DNA from: Candidatus Poribacteria bacterium
Lineage (GTDB): Bacteria > Poribacteria > WGA-4E > JAJDTR01
Direction of reading: 5' to 3'
Assembly (NCBI GenBank): GCA_965222225.1
Contig: CBDCTK010000002.1
Location: 2,400,001-2,464,000 of the forward strand
DNA length: 64,000 nucleotides
The notes beneath the pieces were generated by a model that searched no databases, was not told the origin of the DNA, and worked only from the letters and a program-made list of their open reading frames with translations. Below are positions 40,579 through 51,658 of this stretch, one piece after another. The position numbers and the translations under genes are program-made. How positions within the stretch are numbered: the first letter of the stretch is position 1; each line of letters starts with the position of its first letter.

Positions 40579-43512
40579 ATGCCACGTAGACTCATTGAGG
40601 AAGCCTTTCCACTAAAGAAGGTTTCTGCGGACTCAAAACACGAACAAGACGTTAATCAGGGAAAACCCAATAGCTTGCAATATTGGCCCGCGAGGCGACC
40701 TCTCGCTGTTTGCAGAGCGGTAACCCTAGCGACACTTTTGCCCGATCCCAGCGAAGCGCCGGAGCGAATTAAGACGGAATATGTTCGACTGGCAGGATCG
40801 CTGTTGCTTGAAAAACAGCGTGACTATCTCTGCAAACTTATTGAGTCGCTAACGCGTTGGGGCGACGAAAACGGTCATGGGGATTGGGATGATAAAGACC
40901 AGAAGGGGCGGTGGGTGAACAAACTGAGAATCGCCAGAGAACTGGTTCAAATGGCGAATGATGGACGGACGCCGAAAGTATTGGACATGTTCGCTGGGGG
41001 CGGGGCGATTCCGCTTGAAGCCATGCGGCTGGGTTGCGATGTCACGGCAAACGATTACAATCCCGTGGCATGGTTTATTCTCAAATGCACGCTCGAATAT
41101 CCACGGCGCTTCGCAGGTAAAACCTATCGGGTTCCTAGTCTCAATCTTAATGAAACGCACGATCTGGGCAGGGGAAACCTCGCTGACCATGTCCGATTGT
41201 GGGGGCAGTGGGTCTTGGAGAACGTCCGTAAAGAACTGCAACCGTACTATCCTGCAGTTGATAACAAACCCACGGTCGCCTATCTCTGGGCGAGGACGAT
41301 TCCATGCCAAGATCCAAAGTGTAGTGGGACAATCCCGTTGCTCAAGACGCTGTGGCTATGCAAGAAGGCGGAAAAAACACTTGAGGATACGCCCGAAAAC
41401 CGAAGGAGGCGCGACTTTCTCCGAACCAAAGACACGAAAAAGAAGAACAAAGTGGTCATCAACGGAAGGCGGGTTTTGAAACTCGTCCTGGATGGTGAGA
41501 CGAAGCGGGTACGTTTTGAGATTGTCGCGCCTCATAGCGCAGACGATGTTGGGGAACCCACGATGACAGGCCCCACAGCTACTTGCCCATTTTGCGGCTC
41601 TCAGCAACCGCGTGAATATATCAAGCGCTGCGGTCACGAGCGCAAACTCAAGGCACAAATGACGGTGGTCGTTTACCAGGAGGAGTATGGCAAGGAGTAC
41701 CGTCCGCCTACACTAGCGGAGACTGAGGCAGTAGAGGTACCAAGAGACGCATTGGATTCAGTTACCAATGAAATTGCATATGGACTCCCTGACGAATCAT
41801 TACCAAGCAGCGATACCTCAGGCGCCGGGCGAGCATTTACGGTGCCACTCTACGGCTTAACGAAATGGTCCGATTTGTTCACGGCGAGGCAGTTGTTTGC
41901 GTTGATGATATTTGTCAAGTGGACAAATTCTGCAAAGTCTGAAATGGACAAGTGGCAGTATCCCACGGAGTGGATCGAAGCCGTATCGGCATACCTTGCG
42001 CTTCTAATTAATAAAGTCGCCGACTACAACTGCACTTGTGCAAATTGGAACCCGAAGGATGAAGCGGTTGGTAATTTGTTCGTTGCTGCGAGGATTCCAA
42101 TCACATGGGATTACGTCGAAACGAACATGATTGGTGATGGAGTAGGTTCATATCAAAGCCGTCGAACAATGCAAAATCGTATTTTTTCCCGCTTATTCTC
42201 TTGGTTTCGTGAATCAGATCCTTTACCTTCGGTAATCTGCGGTGATGTCCTGAAGACAGAATTTCCGTTTAATGTGGACCTCATCGTAACTGACCCGCCA
42301 TACTACGATGCTATTCCTTATGCCGATACTTCAGACTTCTTCTTCGTGTGGAACAAAAGAAACGGATTCATTCCAGAAACGCTAGAGCCTCAAACGGCCG
42401 ATTCAGTAGTGCCAAAGCAGGGGGAATTAATTCAGCATACAGCGCGGTTCGGAGGAAATAAAGATAAGGCAACAGCGCATTATACAAACGGTATGACAAA
42501 AGCATTTGAGAAAGCACACCATGCCATGTCTGCAGATGGGCTTCTCGTTATCGTTTTTGCGCACAAAGAACCGAACGCGTGGGAGGCACTATTGAAAGGA
42601 ATTATTGGAGCAGGGTTTAAGGTAACAGCATCATGGCCGATTGATACGGAAAAGACAACCCGAGTTCGAGCTATTAGCTCCGCTTCTCTCGCAACTTCAC
42701 TTTGGATAGTTTGTAGGAAGCGTTCGGAAAATGCTAAAGTGGGACATTATCGCGGAGTCAGGCGAGAAATGCAGCAACGGATAACCGAACGATTGCGCTA
42801 TTTTTGGGACGCGGGGATTCAGGGCCCCGACTTCGTTTGGGCGGCAATCGGACCCGCATTGGAAAGTTATTCAAGCTATAAGGAAGTGCGACGGCAAACG
42901 AGAGAAGCCTTTTCCGTACACGAATTTCTCACAGAAGTGCGACGCATGGTGACCGACTTTGCATTGGGACAAATCTTGTACGGCGCGAGTACGGAGGCGT
43001 TGGACGAATGGACTCGCTACTACTTAATGCATAGGAACTACTTCGGAACGGTAGAGGCGCCTGGCGGGGAATGCATCTTGTTGGCGCAGGGATACGGCCT
43101 CTCGCTTAATGATTTGACCGCGGCGGGAATCGGGATTTTGAAAAAGGCCTCGTCAGGCAGTGCGCTTCGCCTGTTGGGACACGCTGACCGATCCGCCGAC
43201 CGGGTGGGGGGACGACATGCCTCCGGGGCGCTGCCCATCATAGACATGATTCATCACATCATGAAGCTGTGGGAGGCGGGGGATAGAACGCAAATCAACG
43301 CCTACCTCGCGGAGCATGGGATTCACGAAAATAACCTGTATAGGTCGGTCATCCAAGCGCTTATCGAAATGAGTTCACAGGGTTCGTCTGAAAGATCGCT
43401 GTTGGAAACAATCATCAACTATAGACCGAGCCAGACGGCAAGCGGAGGGACGTTGGGTTCAACGGTAAGCGAGGAGGACCCGCAATACCTCATTGAAGGC
43501 GTAGAGCCATAA
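40579..43512 (+). CDS. DUF1156-domain adenine-specific DNA methyltransferase
   Basis: RRLIEEAFPL, WPARRPL, DMFAGGGAIPLEA, YLWART, Zn motifs, TDPPYYD, FAHK, TASWPI. Confidence 0.93.
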   Translation: MPRRLIEEAFPLKKVSADSKHEQDVNQGKPNSLQYWPARRPLAVCRAVTLATLLPDPSEAPERIKTEYVRLAGSLLLEKQRDYLCKLIESLTRWGDENGHGDWDDKDQKGRWVNKLRIARELVQMANDGRTPKVLDMFAGGGAIPLEAMRLGCDVTANDYNPVAWFILKCTLEYPRRFAGKTYRVPSLNLNETHDLGRGNLADHVRLWGQWVLENVRKELQPYYPAVDNKPTVAYLWARTIPCQDPKCSGTIPLLKTLWLCKKAEKTLEDTPENRRRRDFLRTKDTKKKNKVVINGRRVLKLVLDGETKRVRFEIVAPHSADDVGEPTMTGPTATCPFCGSQQPREYIKRCGHERKLKAQMTVVVYQEEYGKEYRPPTLAETEAVEVPRDALDSVTNEIAYGLPDESLPSSDTSGAGRAFTVPLYGLTKWSDLFTARQLFALMIFVKWTNSAKSEMDKWQYPTEWIEAVSAYLALLINKVADYNCTCANWNPKDEAVGNLFVAARIPITWDYVETNMIGDGVGSYQSRRTMQNRIFSRLFSWFRESDPLPSVICGDVLKTEFPFNVDLIVTDPPYYDAIPYADTSDFFFVWNKRNGFIPETLEPQTADSVVPKQGELIQHTARFGGNKDKATAHYTNGMTKAFEKAHHAMSADGLLVIVFAHKEPNAWEALLKGIIGAGFKVTASWPIDTEKTTRVRAISSASLATSLWIVCRKRSENAKVGHYRGVRREMQQRITERLRYFWDAGIQGPDFVWAAIGPALESYSSYKEVRRQTREAFSVHEFLTEVRRMVTDFALGQILYGASTEALDEWTRYYLMHRNYFGTVEAPGGECILLAQGYGLSLNDLTAAGIGILKKASSGSALRLLGHADRSADRVGGRHASGALPIIDMIHHIMKLWEAGDRTQINAYLAEHGIHENNLYRSVIQALIEMSSQGSSERSLLETIINYRPSQTASGGTLGSTVSEEDPQYLIEGVEP

Positions 43513-43547
43513 CCACAAAGAAAATCCGATGGGATAGGAGATTCCAC

Positions 43548-46500
43548 ATGGACAATATGGCATGGCATGAAAACTGTGTATTACGAGACGATGTGCGTCA
43601 AGGCACATTGACACTTGCAGAGTTTGCAGCAGATCTCAATGCGGTTCGAATGGGCGATGCACCTCACGTTTATCGCTTGCCGAAATTGTTTTTTGACCGC
43701 ACCTACCCCACCGACAATCTCAAGTCGTTGGTTCGGGACGTGCTTCATCGGCTAGCCGCACACGGCGGCAATCCGGTGATTCGCGTGCAAGTTGCTTACG
43801 GCGGTGGGAAAACCCATGCGCTCATTGCATTGCTGCATTTGGCTGAGCGTGGGACTGAACTGGAAGCGCACCCCACCGTGGGTGAGTTTCTGGGTTTCAG
43901 TGGGTTAAACCAGTTGCCACAGGCGAGAGTCGCCCTGCTTCCGTTCGACAAATTCGACGTGATTGAAGGACTTTCCGTCCTGGGACCTGACGGCACACCG
44001 CGACAGGTCAAAACGCCGTGGGGCGCGTTGGCGTATCAACTGGCGGGGGATGGAGGATTGGGACGGGTTTCCGAGCATGAAAGCCGTTATACTATTCCCG
44101 CTGAACCGATACTTGTTGAATTGTTGAAAACGCCGCAAGCCTCGGGACTGTCTACGCTCATTCTGATGGACGAGACGCTTTGGTACATGCGGAATGCGGT
44201 CAGCGACGATCCCAACAGATTAGGGGATCTTCGAGATTTTTTCCAAGTGCTCACGCAGGCGGTTGGCAAGGTTGACCGCGCGGCGCTGGTTGCCAGCGTC
44301 ATCTCGAACGATATGGTGTCTGACGATCCGGTTAGTATTCAGTGCCTTAGTGCGCTGGAGAGAATGTTCCGCCGCGTGGAGAAAACGACAGAGCCGGTGT
44401 CGGGGGAAGATATCCCGGAACTGCTCAGGCGGCGCTTGTTTGAATCCGTCGACACGCGTAACCAACGCCGCCCCATCGTCGATCGCCTCACCACCACGAT
44501 GCAACGGCTGCCGCTTAGACCCTCACAGCGGGATCAGTCTGCGAAAGAGCGACTGCTCGAATCCTATCCCTTCCACGCCGATTTGCTTGACGTGTTATAT
44601 CAGAAATGGACGGGGCTCAACAAGTTCCAACGGACGCGCGGCGTCTTACGGATGTTCGCCATCGCGCTAAGGGATGCTGAAGGAAAGGACCCGGCGCCGT
44701 TTGTGGGACCGGGGACACTACTCGGAAGCGATGGCGAACTTTCGGAAGCCGTTCGCGAACTGATCTAAACCTGCGACGAAGGTAATCAGTGGACGCCGAT
44801 TCTGAGCGGGGAACTGGGCAGAGCGCGCGACATTCAGGCGAATCGAAATCGATTAAAAAAGCATCGGGAGATTGAACAAGCCATTGTCGCCACCTTTCTG
44901 CATTCACAACCGTCCGGGCAAAAGGCGGATGAAAGCGACCTATACGCCTTGCTGGCGCACTCGGAGATCGATCCTCTGTCGGTAGAGGATGGGCTCGAGA
45001 AATGGCGAGAAATCTCATGGTTTCTCAAAGAGAACGACACGAGTTGGAGCCTGAGCATAGCGTCAAACCTCACCAAAATGCACGTTGAGGCAACTCGTCG
45101 ACTGAACACAGACGGCATCAACCACGAACTTCTTCAGCGGATAAAGGCGGCAAAACTCGGTCAGACGAGCGAGGATCTTGCGGTACATGCCTTGCCCGAT
45201 TCGGCTAATGATATTTCGGATAACGCCAATCTCCACTTTGTGATTGTCCCCCCGGAGTGCACGGCGGTACCGGGTGAGGAGATATCCGACTTCCTCAAGG
45301 CGTACTTCGAGCGAACCTACAAGAACCATGTTATTATACTCGCTCCGGATCACGCCCGATTGACGGGAGTGCGCAACTCCATTCGCAATGTCCTCGCTTG
45401 GCAATCCATAGAAAGTGGCGACGAGATGGACACTCTGAGCGAATCACAGAAGGCGCTGCTACGAAAGCGGAAACGCGATGATGAACACAGTATATCGGAT
45501 TCCGTGAAATCGGCATATAGTGTACTGATTGCACTTGACGAGGATGGCGACATTGAGGCGCGGCAAGTGCCGCTTGGGACGCAACCCGCTATTGAACGCG
45601 TGACGGCTTTCTTGGGGGACGAGGAAAGATTGTTGACAAGTTCACTTGATCCGGATCTCCTTACGCCGACGAGTGACTTGAAGTTGTGGGGCGACGATGA
45701 AAACTCAAAGTCTGTGCAAGGGTTGTACGGCATGTTTGCCAGCGTTGCGAGGCTGCCGCGAATGCTGAGCCGTAAAGTATTCCTTGAAACGCTTCGGCGC
45801 GGCGTTGCGGAAGGGACGATTGTTCTCCGCGACGTGCGCGGGGATGGTTCTCAGAACACCTACTGGCGCCACTCTCCGTCCGACGATCTCCTGTGGCAGA
45901 GGGGAGTGGAAATCCTGCCGCTAGTGCACGCCGAACTCCATCGGCTCGAACCTGAATTACTCCGACCCAACGCAATACCGGAACTGTGGCAGCCTGATGA
46001 GTACCCTCTCAAAGTGTCCGCGATCCTGGAATACTTCAACGGGGAGGAAGCTCCCAAACTTGCCTCGGACGCGATTCTTTTTGGTGCCGTAAAATCCGCC
46101 ATTGAGGCGCGTTTCGTGATGGGGCGCAGCGGGAGAGAAGATTATATTGGCGAAGATGTCGCCGATGCCGCGATTGACGTTGACTGGGAGTTGTTGCCTC
46201 CCCCTGCGGAGATTCGCGGGTCGGAGATTACACGGCATACGCTGCCCAAGGCGTGGGAAGGGGACACCTCGACCGTCGGAAGAGTGAGGGATGCTCTTGG
46301 CGAACAGAGGGGTGCTAAACCTTCATGGGCCCTGATTAAGGATGCGGTGAACAAGGGTGTAGAAGGTCGGCTTTTCGAAGTTACGACGCAGAACTGGCCG
46401 TGCTCGCCTCAGGAAGCAGATGCAGTAGGTTTGCGAGAATCAGAGGAGCCAATGAGGTTAGATGCCCTTGAGATTGCGGTGGCAATTCGCGGCACATCCG

Positions 46501-46889
46501 GTTCCGTCACTCTCGGGTGGATTAAGGAAACGCTTGAATCGGAGAAGGGCTTATCTATTCCTGATGACATCTTCCGCTCCGCCGCCAACCAAGCCTTGAA
46601 TCTTAAGTTGATTATCTCGGAGGGACCGCCGGTTGATGATTTTTACCAAACGCGTGTGCGGCAGCCCGACTGGGTGGGCCATTTTGAATCACACCTCACT
46701 GAGAGCCAAATTCAGGATCTGGCTGAAAGGATTGGCAGACTATTTGAAATCGCGCCGGAACTTGAGTTTGAATTTCGGCTCGTCGGCACGGCGGAAGGTG
46801 AACGCCCGTCAGATGAGGTGTTGGAGCGGTTAGACGAGATACTCGGCGGGGTCGCGGATTCATTGAAGTTTAATCCGGACGGCTCGTAA
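43548..46889 (+). pseudogene. DUF499-family P-loop ATPase interrupted by an in-frame TAA
   Basis: EFAADL, FFDRTYPT, YGGGKTH, LMDE, SYPFH, FQRTRGVLR; TAA at 44766-44768 and the same frame continues to 46889 (1113 codons before the final stop). Confidence 0.88.
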
Positions 46890-46991
46890 GCAGTTGGGAG
46901 CCATAGAATGATGGTGTGAGTATCGCAACAGTTGAGTGACGGAAGAAAGGCAATGCCGAAAACTACACCCCACAGCGTGCCGTGAGAAAAA

Positions 46992-47510
46992 ATGTCCACC
47001 GATGTCCTAGAAACGTACGTGGAAAAGATGAAGCACTTGAAAATAGACAGGGCACACGGTCCCGCGCCCCACAAGCCGGTGCTTCTGCTGTCGCTTATTG
47101 CGCTGATTGAGAGAGGACAGATTCACGAAAACAGAATTACCGTGACTCCCGAATTGGCGGAAACTTTCGCCAAATACTGGCTGCGAGTCACCGAGCGGCC
47201 GCCCAATATCGGGATGCCTTTTTTTCACCTAAGAAGTGATGGATTTTGGCATCACCATGCAAATTCCGGGTACGAAAGGGTGTTGGAGGTTACCTCAAGT
47301 ATTAGAACAATGCCCCACCTGCGTGAAGTCATTTCACATGCTAGTTTGGATGAAGAGTTTTTCGATTTGTTAAAAGACGCCGGAAATCGAGAGTCAGTCC
47401 GCCAAACGCTTATCCGCACGTATTTTCCAGATTTCGAGGGTGCAATCGAACGCCTCATCGGGGACGAACGCCAAATTAGAGAATACTCAAGACGACTGTA
47501 CGAGGCCTAG
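46992..47510 (+). CDS. SBD-like (phosphorothioate-DNA binding) domain protein without HNH domain
   Basis: APHKPVLLLSL and PFFHLRSDGFW motifs seen in the N-terminus of SBD-HNH restriction enzymes; ends at TAG with no HNH downstream. Confidence 0.7.
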   Translation: MSTDVLETYVEKMKHLKIDRAHGPAPHKPVLLLSLIALIERGQIHENRITVTPELAETFAKYWLRVTERPPNIGMPFFHLRSDGFWHHHANSGYERVLEVTSSIRTMPHLREVISHASLDEEFFDLLKDAGNRESVRQTLIRTYFPDFEGAIERLIGDERQIREYSRRLYEA

Positions 47511-47550
47511 TCGAAAACCAACCGACTCCATAGTCTGCCCCCGTCCTCGG

Positions 47551-48227
47551 TTAGCCGATGGGTTTTTTGGCGACAATCCCCCAATTCGTGAACGGGAACG
47601 GCGTATACTCCCAAAACCGATCAGGACGTGCCAAGTGCGTAATCACCTGTTCCGCCAGCACCAGGAACTCCCAGCCCGCGAACAGATCTCGAATACCCGC
47701 CTCTTTGAAGTAGTGGTGCGGGACGCCGCTTTCGTCGCCGATATCGTGGATGAAGGTGCCAGGCTCGATTTCTACCCCCTGTCCGGCGAAATCCGCTTTG
47801 TCCGATTTGAGCGTGACCATCAAAATTCCGCCGGGGATTAGCGAACGATAAACCTGAGACACGGAATCCCGAATCGTGGCAAGCCTGTTATGGTGCAACA
47901 CATTCCAACTGACCACGCCGTGGAAATAGCCGGGGACCAAGGGCACTCTGTCATATCCGCCAACCGAACGTCGGCGGACAGTTCAAACTCCGTTAACCGT
48001 TCCATTGTCAAATCAATGGCGCGCGGCGCGTTATCAGTCGCACAGACATCGTATCCGAGCCGGGAAAGCGCCACGGTGTGCCGACCGGCACCGCACCCGA
48101 GGTCCCAGAAATTCAGCGGTCTTTCGTCAAATGCGCCTTCCACGATGCGGCAAAACCGATAGACAGCGGTCTCCGGGATTAGCTCCCGATTTTTCTCATC
48201 TGCAAACAACTCATTCCATGATGCCAA
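47551..48227 (-). pseudogene. Class I SAM-dependent methyltransferase, frameshift near 47935
   Basis: WDLGCGAGRH in the first frame; YFHGVVSWNVLHH...LIPGG in the second; GGAGG RBS and TTG start. Confidence 0.85.
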
Positions 48228-48247
48228 GATTCAGTCCTCCGATTTAT

Positions 48248-48276
48248 TTGACATTGTCCCGACCCTGTGCTATCAT
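48248..48276 (+). promoter_or_regulatory. Sigma-70 promoter
   Basis: TTGACA-17-TATCAT with extended -10 TG. Confidence 0.65.
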
Positions 48277-48449
48277 AGATATGTGATTGAAAAAAGTAAA
48301 GGCAAATCAAGCGTGATGTGTTTTATAAACGGACATCATAATAATAACCTTAGGTGGACAAATGTCCATCACACGCGAGGAGTGTGCCTTTGCTGAAATG
48401 AATTTATAATCTATATTTTACAAACATCTTAACAACCAAAATTCTTTTC

Positions 48450-48491
48450 AAGCCGTGGGCACATGATTCGTCATCGTCCACGGCTTTTTTT
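48450..48491 (+). terminator. Intrinsic terminator
   Basis: AAGCCGTGGGC...GTCCACGGC followed by TTTTTTT. Confidence 0.75.
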
Positions 48492-48694
48492 GTGATCGCT
48501 GTCCGGATTTAAGTGCATCCGAAATTGTGTTACAGGGAACAACGACCGATGCAAGAACTCACGACTATAGTCATCACAGCTATGAATTATACATCTTGGG
48601 CTCTCGTTGTTCGGTCTGTCGCAGTGTAATTTATTGCGCGTCTTCTGTCGGAGCGAGCTCTGCTCGCAATATGAAGTCGCGACCTGGAGATCGA

Positions 48695-48731
48695 GGAATT
48701 TCTATCGCGTTCCTTGTTCAGTCACTTGATC
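48695..48731 (-). mobile_element. 37-nt micro-element inserted in a REP
   Basis: GATCAAGTGACTGAACAAGGAACGCGATAGAAATTCC splits TGTAGGA|.CGATCTCCAGGTCGCGAC. Confidence 0.65.
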
Positions 48732-48873
48732 CTACAGGCTGCTACACTGCGAAAGTCCTAACGAAATAGTAAAACGACAGATGCAAAAACTAATGACGAA
48801 TGAAAACAACTCCATCAATATTCGAGACCGGAGTGGATTAGGCCCAACATATTGTCTGACGAAGGGACATCTT

Positions 48874-51090
48874 ATGACTTATAAATTAGGCGCTTGGCAA
48901 AAGCGTTGCTTTTTCCTACTGTTTCTCTGGCTGTTATCGCCCATGATTGTCGGCGCAGCGCCGGAGGTTACACAACTCCGAGCCGAGGCGCACCGCACTT
49001 CTCAGCGCATCAAAATCGACGGCGAACTTAGTGAAGCCGATTGGCAGCGGGTAGAACCCATCCGCCGATTTGTTCAGATTGAACCGGACGAGGGGAAACC
49101 GATTTCGCAGCCGACGGAGGTACGCATCCTTTATGACAATCGGAATCTCTACTTCGGATTTACCTGTTCTGACTCCGATATTTCCCAGTTGGTTGCCAAC
49201 GAATTGCGCCGTGACTCACGTCTGTATGAGAACGACAGCGTATATGTGCTTTTGGACACCTACAACGATCGGCGCGGCGGATTTTTCTTTCGCGTCAACG
49301 CATTGGGGGCTATGCAGGACACGAGTATATCAGGCAGCGGCGATACATGGAACAACAACTGGGATGCGGTATGGACGTGCCGCGCCAAGATTAACGAGGA
49401 TAACTGGACGGCGGAGATTGCCATTCCTTTCAGCCAACTCCGTTTCACACAGAGCGACGTGATGGAGTGGGGGATGAATCTGGGGCGGAAAATTAGCCGG
49501 AACAACGAAGAGGCAACGTGGGCTCCGGTGTCCAAAGCCTATCGAGAGGGCGGCGTACGAGAGTTCCGTACCGCCAACATCGGAAGCCTGGGTGGTTTGA
49601 AGGGGATTTCTCCTTCTCGGCATATAGAGTTGTTGCCCTATGTCCTGCCGGGATTTGCTCTATCGGACGATGATGAATCTCAAACCAAACGAGTGCTGGA
49701 CATCGGATTGGATGTGAAGTACGGCATCACCCCCAATCTTACCGGCGATCTCACGTTTAACACCGATTTCGCGCAGGTCGAGGCGGACCGAGAGCAAATC
49801 AATTTGACGCGATTCAGCCTGTTCTTCCCGGAGAAGCGCCCCTTTTTTCTGGAAGGATCCGGCTTTTTTGATTTCGGCATCTCGTCCAACTCGTGGTTCC
49901 ACCGCCTGCTGTTCTACAGTCGGCGCATCGGTCTGGAGGAAGGGCGCGCCATACCCATCATAGCCGGAGGCAAACTTACGGGAAAAATCGGGGAGTACGG
50001 CGTCGGTTTCCTAAATGTGTTGACGAATGAATTTGACAACACAAGTTCCGCCGTTGACGCGGATGATGTCATCGTTGTACCGCGGACAAACTTTACGGTG
50101 CTACGAGCGAAACGGGACATCTCCAAAGGATCGACCGTCGGACTCATCGCCACGAACAAGCAGGACGCCGACACATACAATCGCTCTGCCGGAGTCGATT
50201 TTGTCTACCGCCCGTTCGACAATATGGATGTGAATGGCGTGTGGGCTCGCACTTTCGACGAGGGACAACCCGATCAGAACGACGCCTGGACGCTCGGCAG
50301 CCGTTGGCGCAACGACCGCTTTATGCTGGAGGGGGCATACATGGACATTGGCGAGAACCTTAATCCCGAGGTCGGATTCGTCCAGCGAAAGGGTGTCCGC
50401 CGTATCCGCACCGACATGCGTTATACCCCTTGGCCCGGGGTCTTGGGTATTCGCCGCATCATCACGGGACCGGAGATTGGCTTGTTCTTTAACCAAGAGG
50501 GCGAATTGGAAACCCGAATACTTACACTCGCCGATTGGGTTAATTTTGAAAGTGACGACTGGCTGCAATTTGGCGCGCAGCGAATCATGGAACGCCTTGA
50601 CGAGGATTTCGAGGTACATGAGGGATTCATTATCCCGGCCGGCGAATACCATTTCAGTAAGTACAACGTCGGTATTTTCACCGATCGTGCGGAGAAAATC
50701 TCCGGTTATTTTCGCCTGAATCTTGGCAGTTTCTTCAATGGGGATAAACGCGGATTTGAAAGTGGAGCGAATTTCAATCCGAGTCCGCAAGTGCTCATCG
50801 AATCGCGGTATCAGTTCAATCGGGTCACGCTCCCAGACGGATCTTTCAACACCCATGTGGTCGGGACGCGCGTTGTCTATTCCGTATCGACAACCCTTTT
50901 CGGGAAACTGTACGCGCAGTGGAATAGCAGCCGGGACGTAATCTCCACCAACTTCCTGTTGAACTACATCTACCATCCCGGCAGTGATTTTTACTTGGTG
51001 TTCAACCAGAATTACGACAGCCGAGGGGCGGCTATCAAGCATATCGACTCCACGCTGGTCGGCAAAATGACGTATTGGTGGAATCTGTGA
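48874..51090 (+). CDS. CBM9-like plus DUF5916 outer-membrane protein
   Basis: IKIDGELSEADW, WTAEIAIPFSQLRF, NTDFAQVEAD, FPEKRPFFLEG, FYSRRIG; aromatic C-terminus KMTYWWNL. Confidence 0.88.
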   Translation: MTYKLGAWQKRCFFLLFLWLLSPMIVGAAPEVTQLRAEAHRTSQRIKIDGELSEADWQRVEPIRRFVQIEPDEGKPISQPTEVRILYDNRNLYFGFTCSDSDISQLVANELRRDSRLYENDSVYVLLDTYNDRRGGFFFRVNALGAMQDTSISGSGDTWNNNWDAVWTCRAKINEDNWTAEIAIPFSQLRFTQSDVMEWGMNLGRKISRNNEEATWAPVSKAYREGGVREFRTANIGSLGGLKGISPSRHIELLPYVLPGFALSDDDESQTKRVLDIGLDVKYGITPNLTGDLTFNTDFAQVEADREQINLTRFSLFFPEKRPFFLEGSGFFDFGISSNSWFHRLLFYSRRIGLEEGRAIPIIAGGKLTGKIGEYGVGFLNVLTNEFDNTSSAVDADDVIVVPRTNFTVLRAKRDISKGSTVGLIATNKQDADTYNRSAGVDFVYRPFDNMDVNGVWARTFDEGQPDQNDAWTLGSRWRNDRFMLEGAYMDIGENLNPEVGFVQRKGVRRIRTDMRYTPWPGVLGIRRIITGPEIGLFFNQEGELETRILTLADWVNFESDDWLQFGAQRIMERLDEDFEVHEGFIIPAGEYHFSKYNVGIFTDRAEKISGYFRLNLGSFFNGDKRGFESGANFNPSPQVLIESRYQFNRVTLPDGSFNTHVVGTRVVYSVSTTLFGKLYAQWNSSRDVISTNFLLNYIYHPGSDFYLVFNQNYDSRGAAIKHIDSTLVGKMTYWWNL

Positions 51091-51216
51091 CAACGATACA
51101 TCTTTGGTTTCAATGCCCCGAAGTACTGTGATGGTAGTCGTTGAATCGAATAAAACCCTATCGTGTTTAAAGCTCAACCAGAACGGATGCTCTGGTTAAC
51201 TCGTGGATGGCAAACT

Positions 51217-51658
51217 ATGAAAGCCTATATCTCCATAAAATACCGTGCAGACAACGGTAACAAAGATTGCATTCAAAAAATCTCATCCGCTCTTGAGCAA
51301 AACGGCTTTGAAACCGTATGTGTCGCCCGTGACATTGAGAAATGGGGAGGGGTTCAATTAAGTCCTCACGAGTTGATGCAACGGACATTTACCGAAATTG
51401 ATTCGAGCAACCTACTCGTGGTCGATTTGACAGAGAAAGGAGTAGGATTGGGCATCGAAGCGGGATACGCACACGCCAAGCAAATTCCGATTGTCGTAAT
51501 TGCCAAAGAAGGGGTCGGACGTTTCAACGACTTTACTGGGGATTGCGCAGCAACTGTTCTTGTATGATGAATTCGAAAATCTTAACCAATTGTTTCAAGG
51601 TATAACTTCCTTGGACATTGGTACAAGCCCTCGCGTTGACTGGGGAATGAAATGCTAA
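51217..51658 (+). pseudogene. Nucleoside 2-deoxyribosyltransferase-like protein, +1 frameshift in a G run near 51510
   Basis: KAYISI, GVGLGIEAGYA; corrected frame reads KEGSDVSTTLLGIA. Confidence 0.78.

Noticed and set aside
4076-44768. Stop-codon reassignment explaining the in-frame stops
   Set aside because: The stops are mixed (TAA and TAG), the two TAGs correspond to different residues (Tyr, Trp), and TAG, TAA and TGA all end intact genes here.
36535-46889. BREX, DISARM or classical type III R-M
   Set aside because: No PglZ, BrxL, DrmB/DUF1998 or Mod/Res signatures; the domain set fits the DUF499/DUF1156 restriction-like class.
15651-51177. Long antisense ORFs (15651-16700, 28388-29674, 50101-51177 and similar)
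   Set aside because: They are shadows of well-supported opposite-strand genes and have no motifs.
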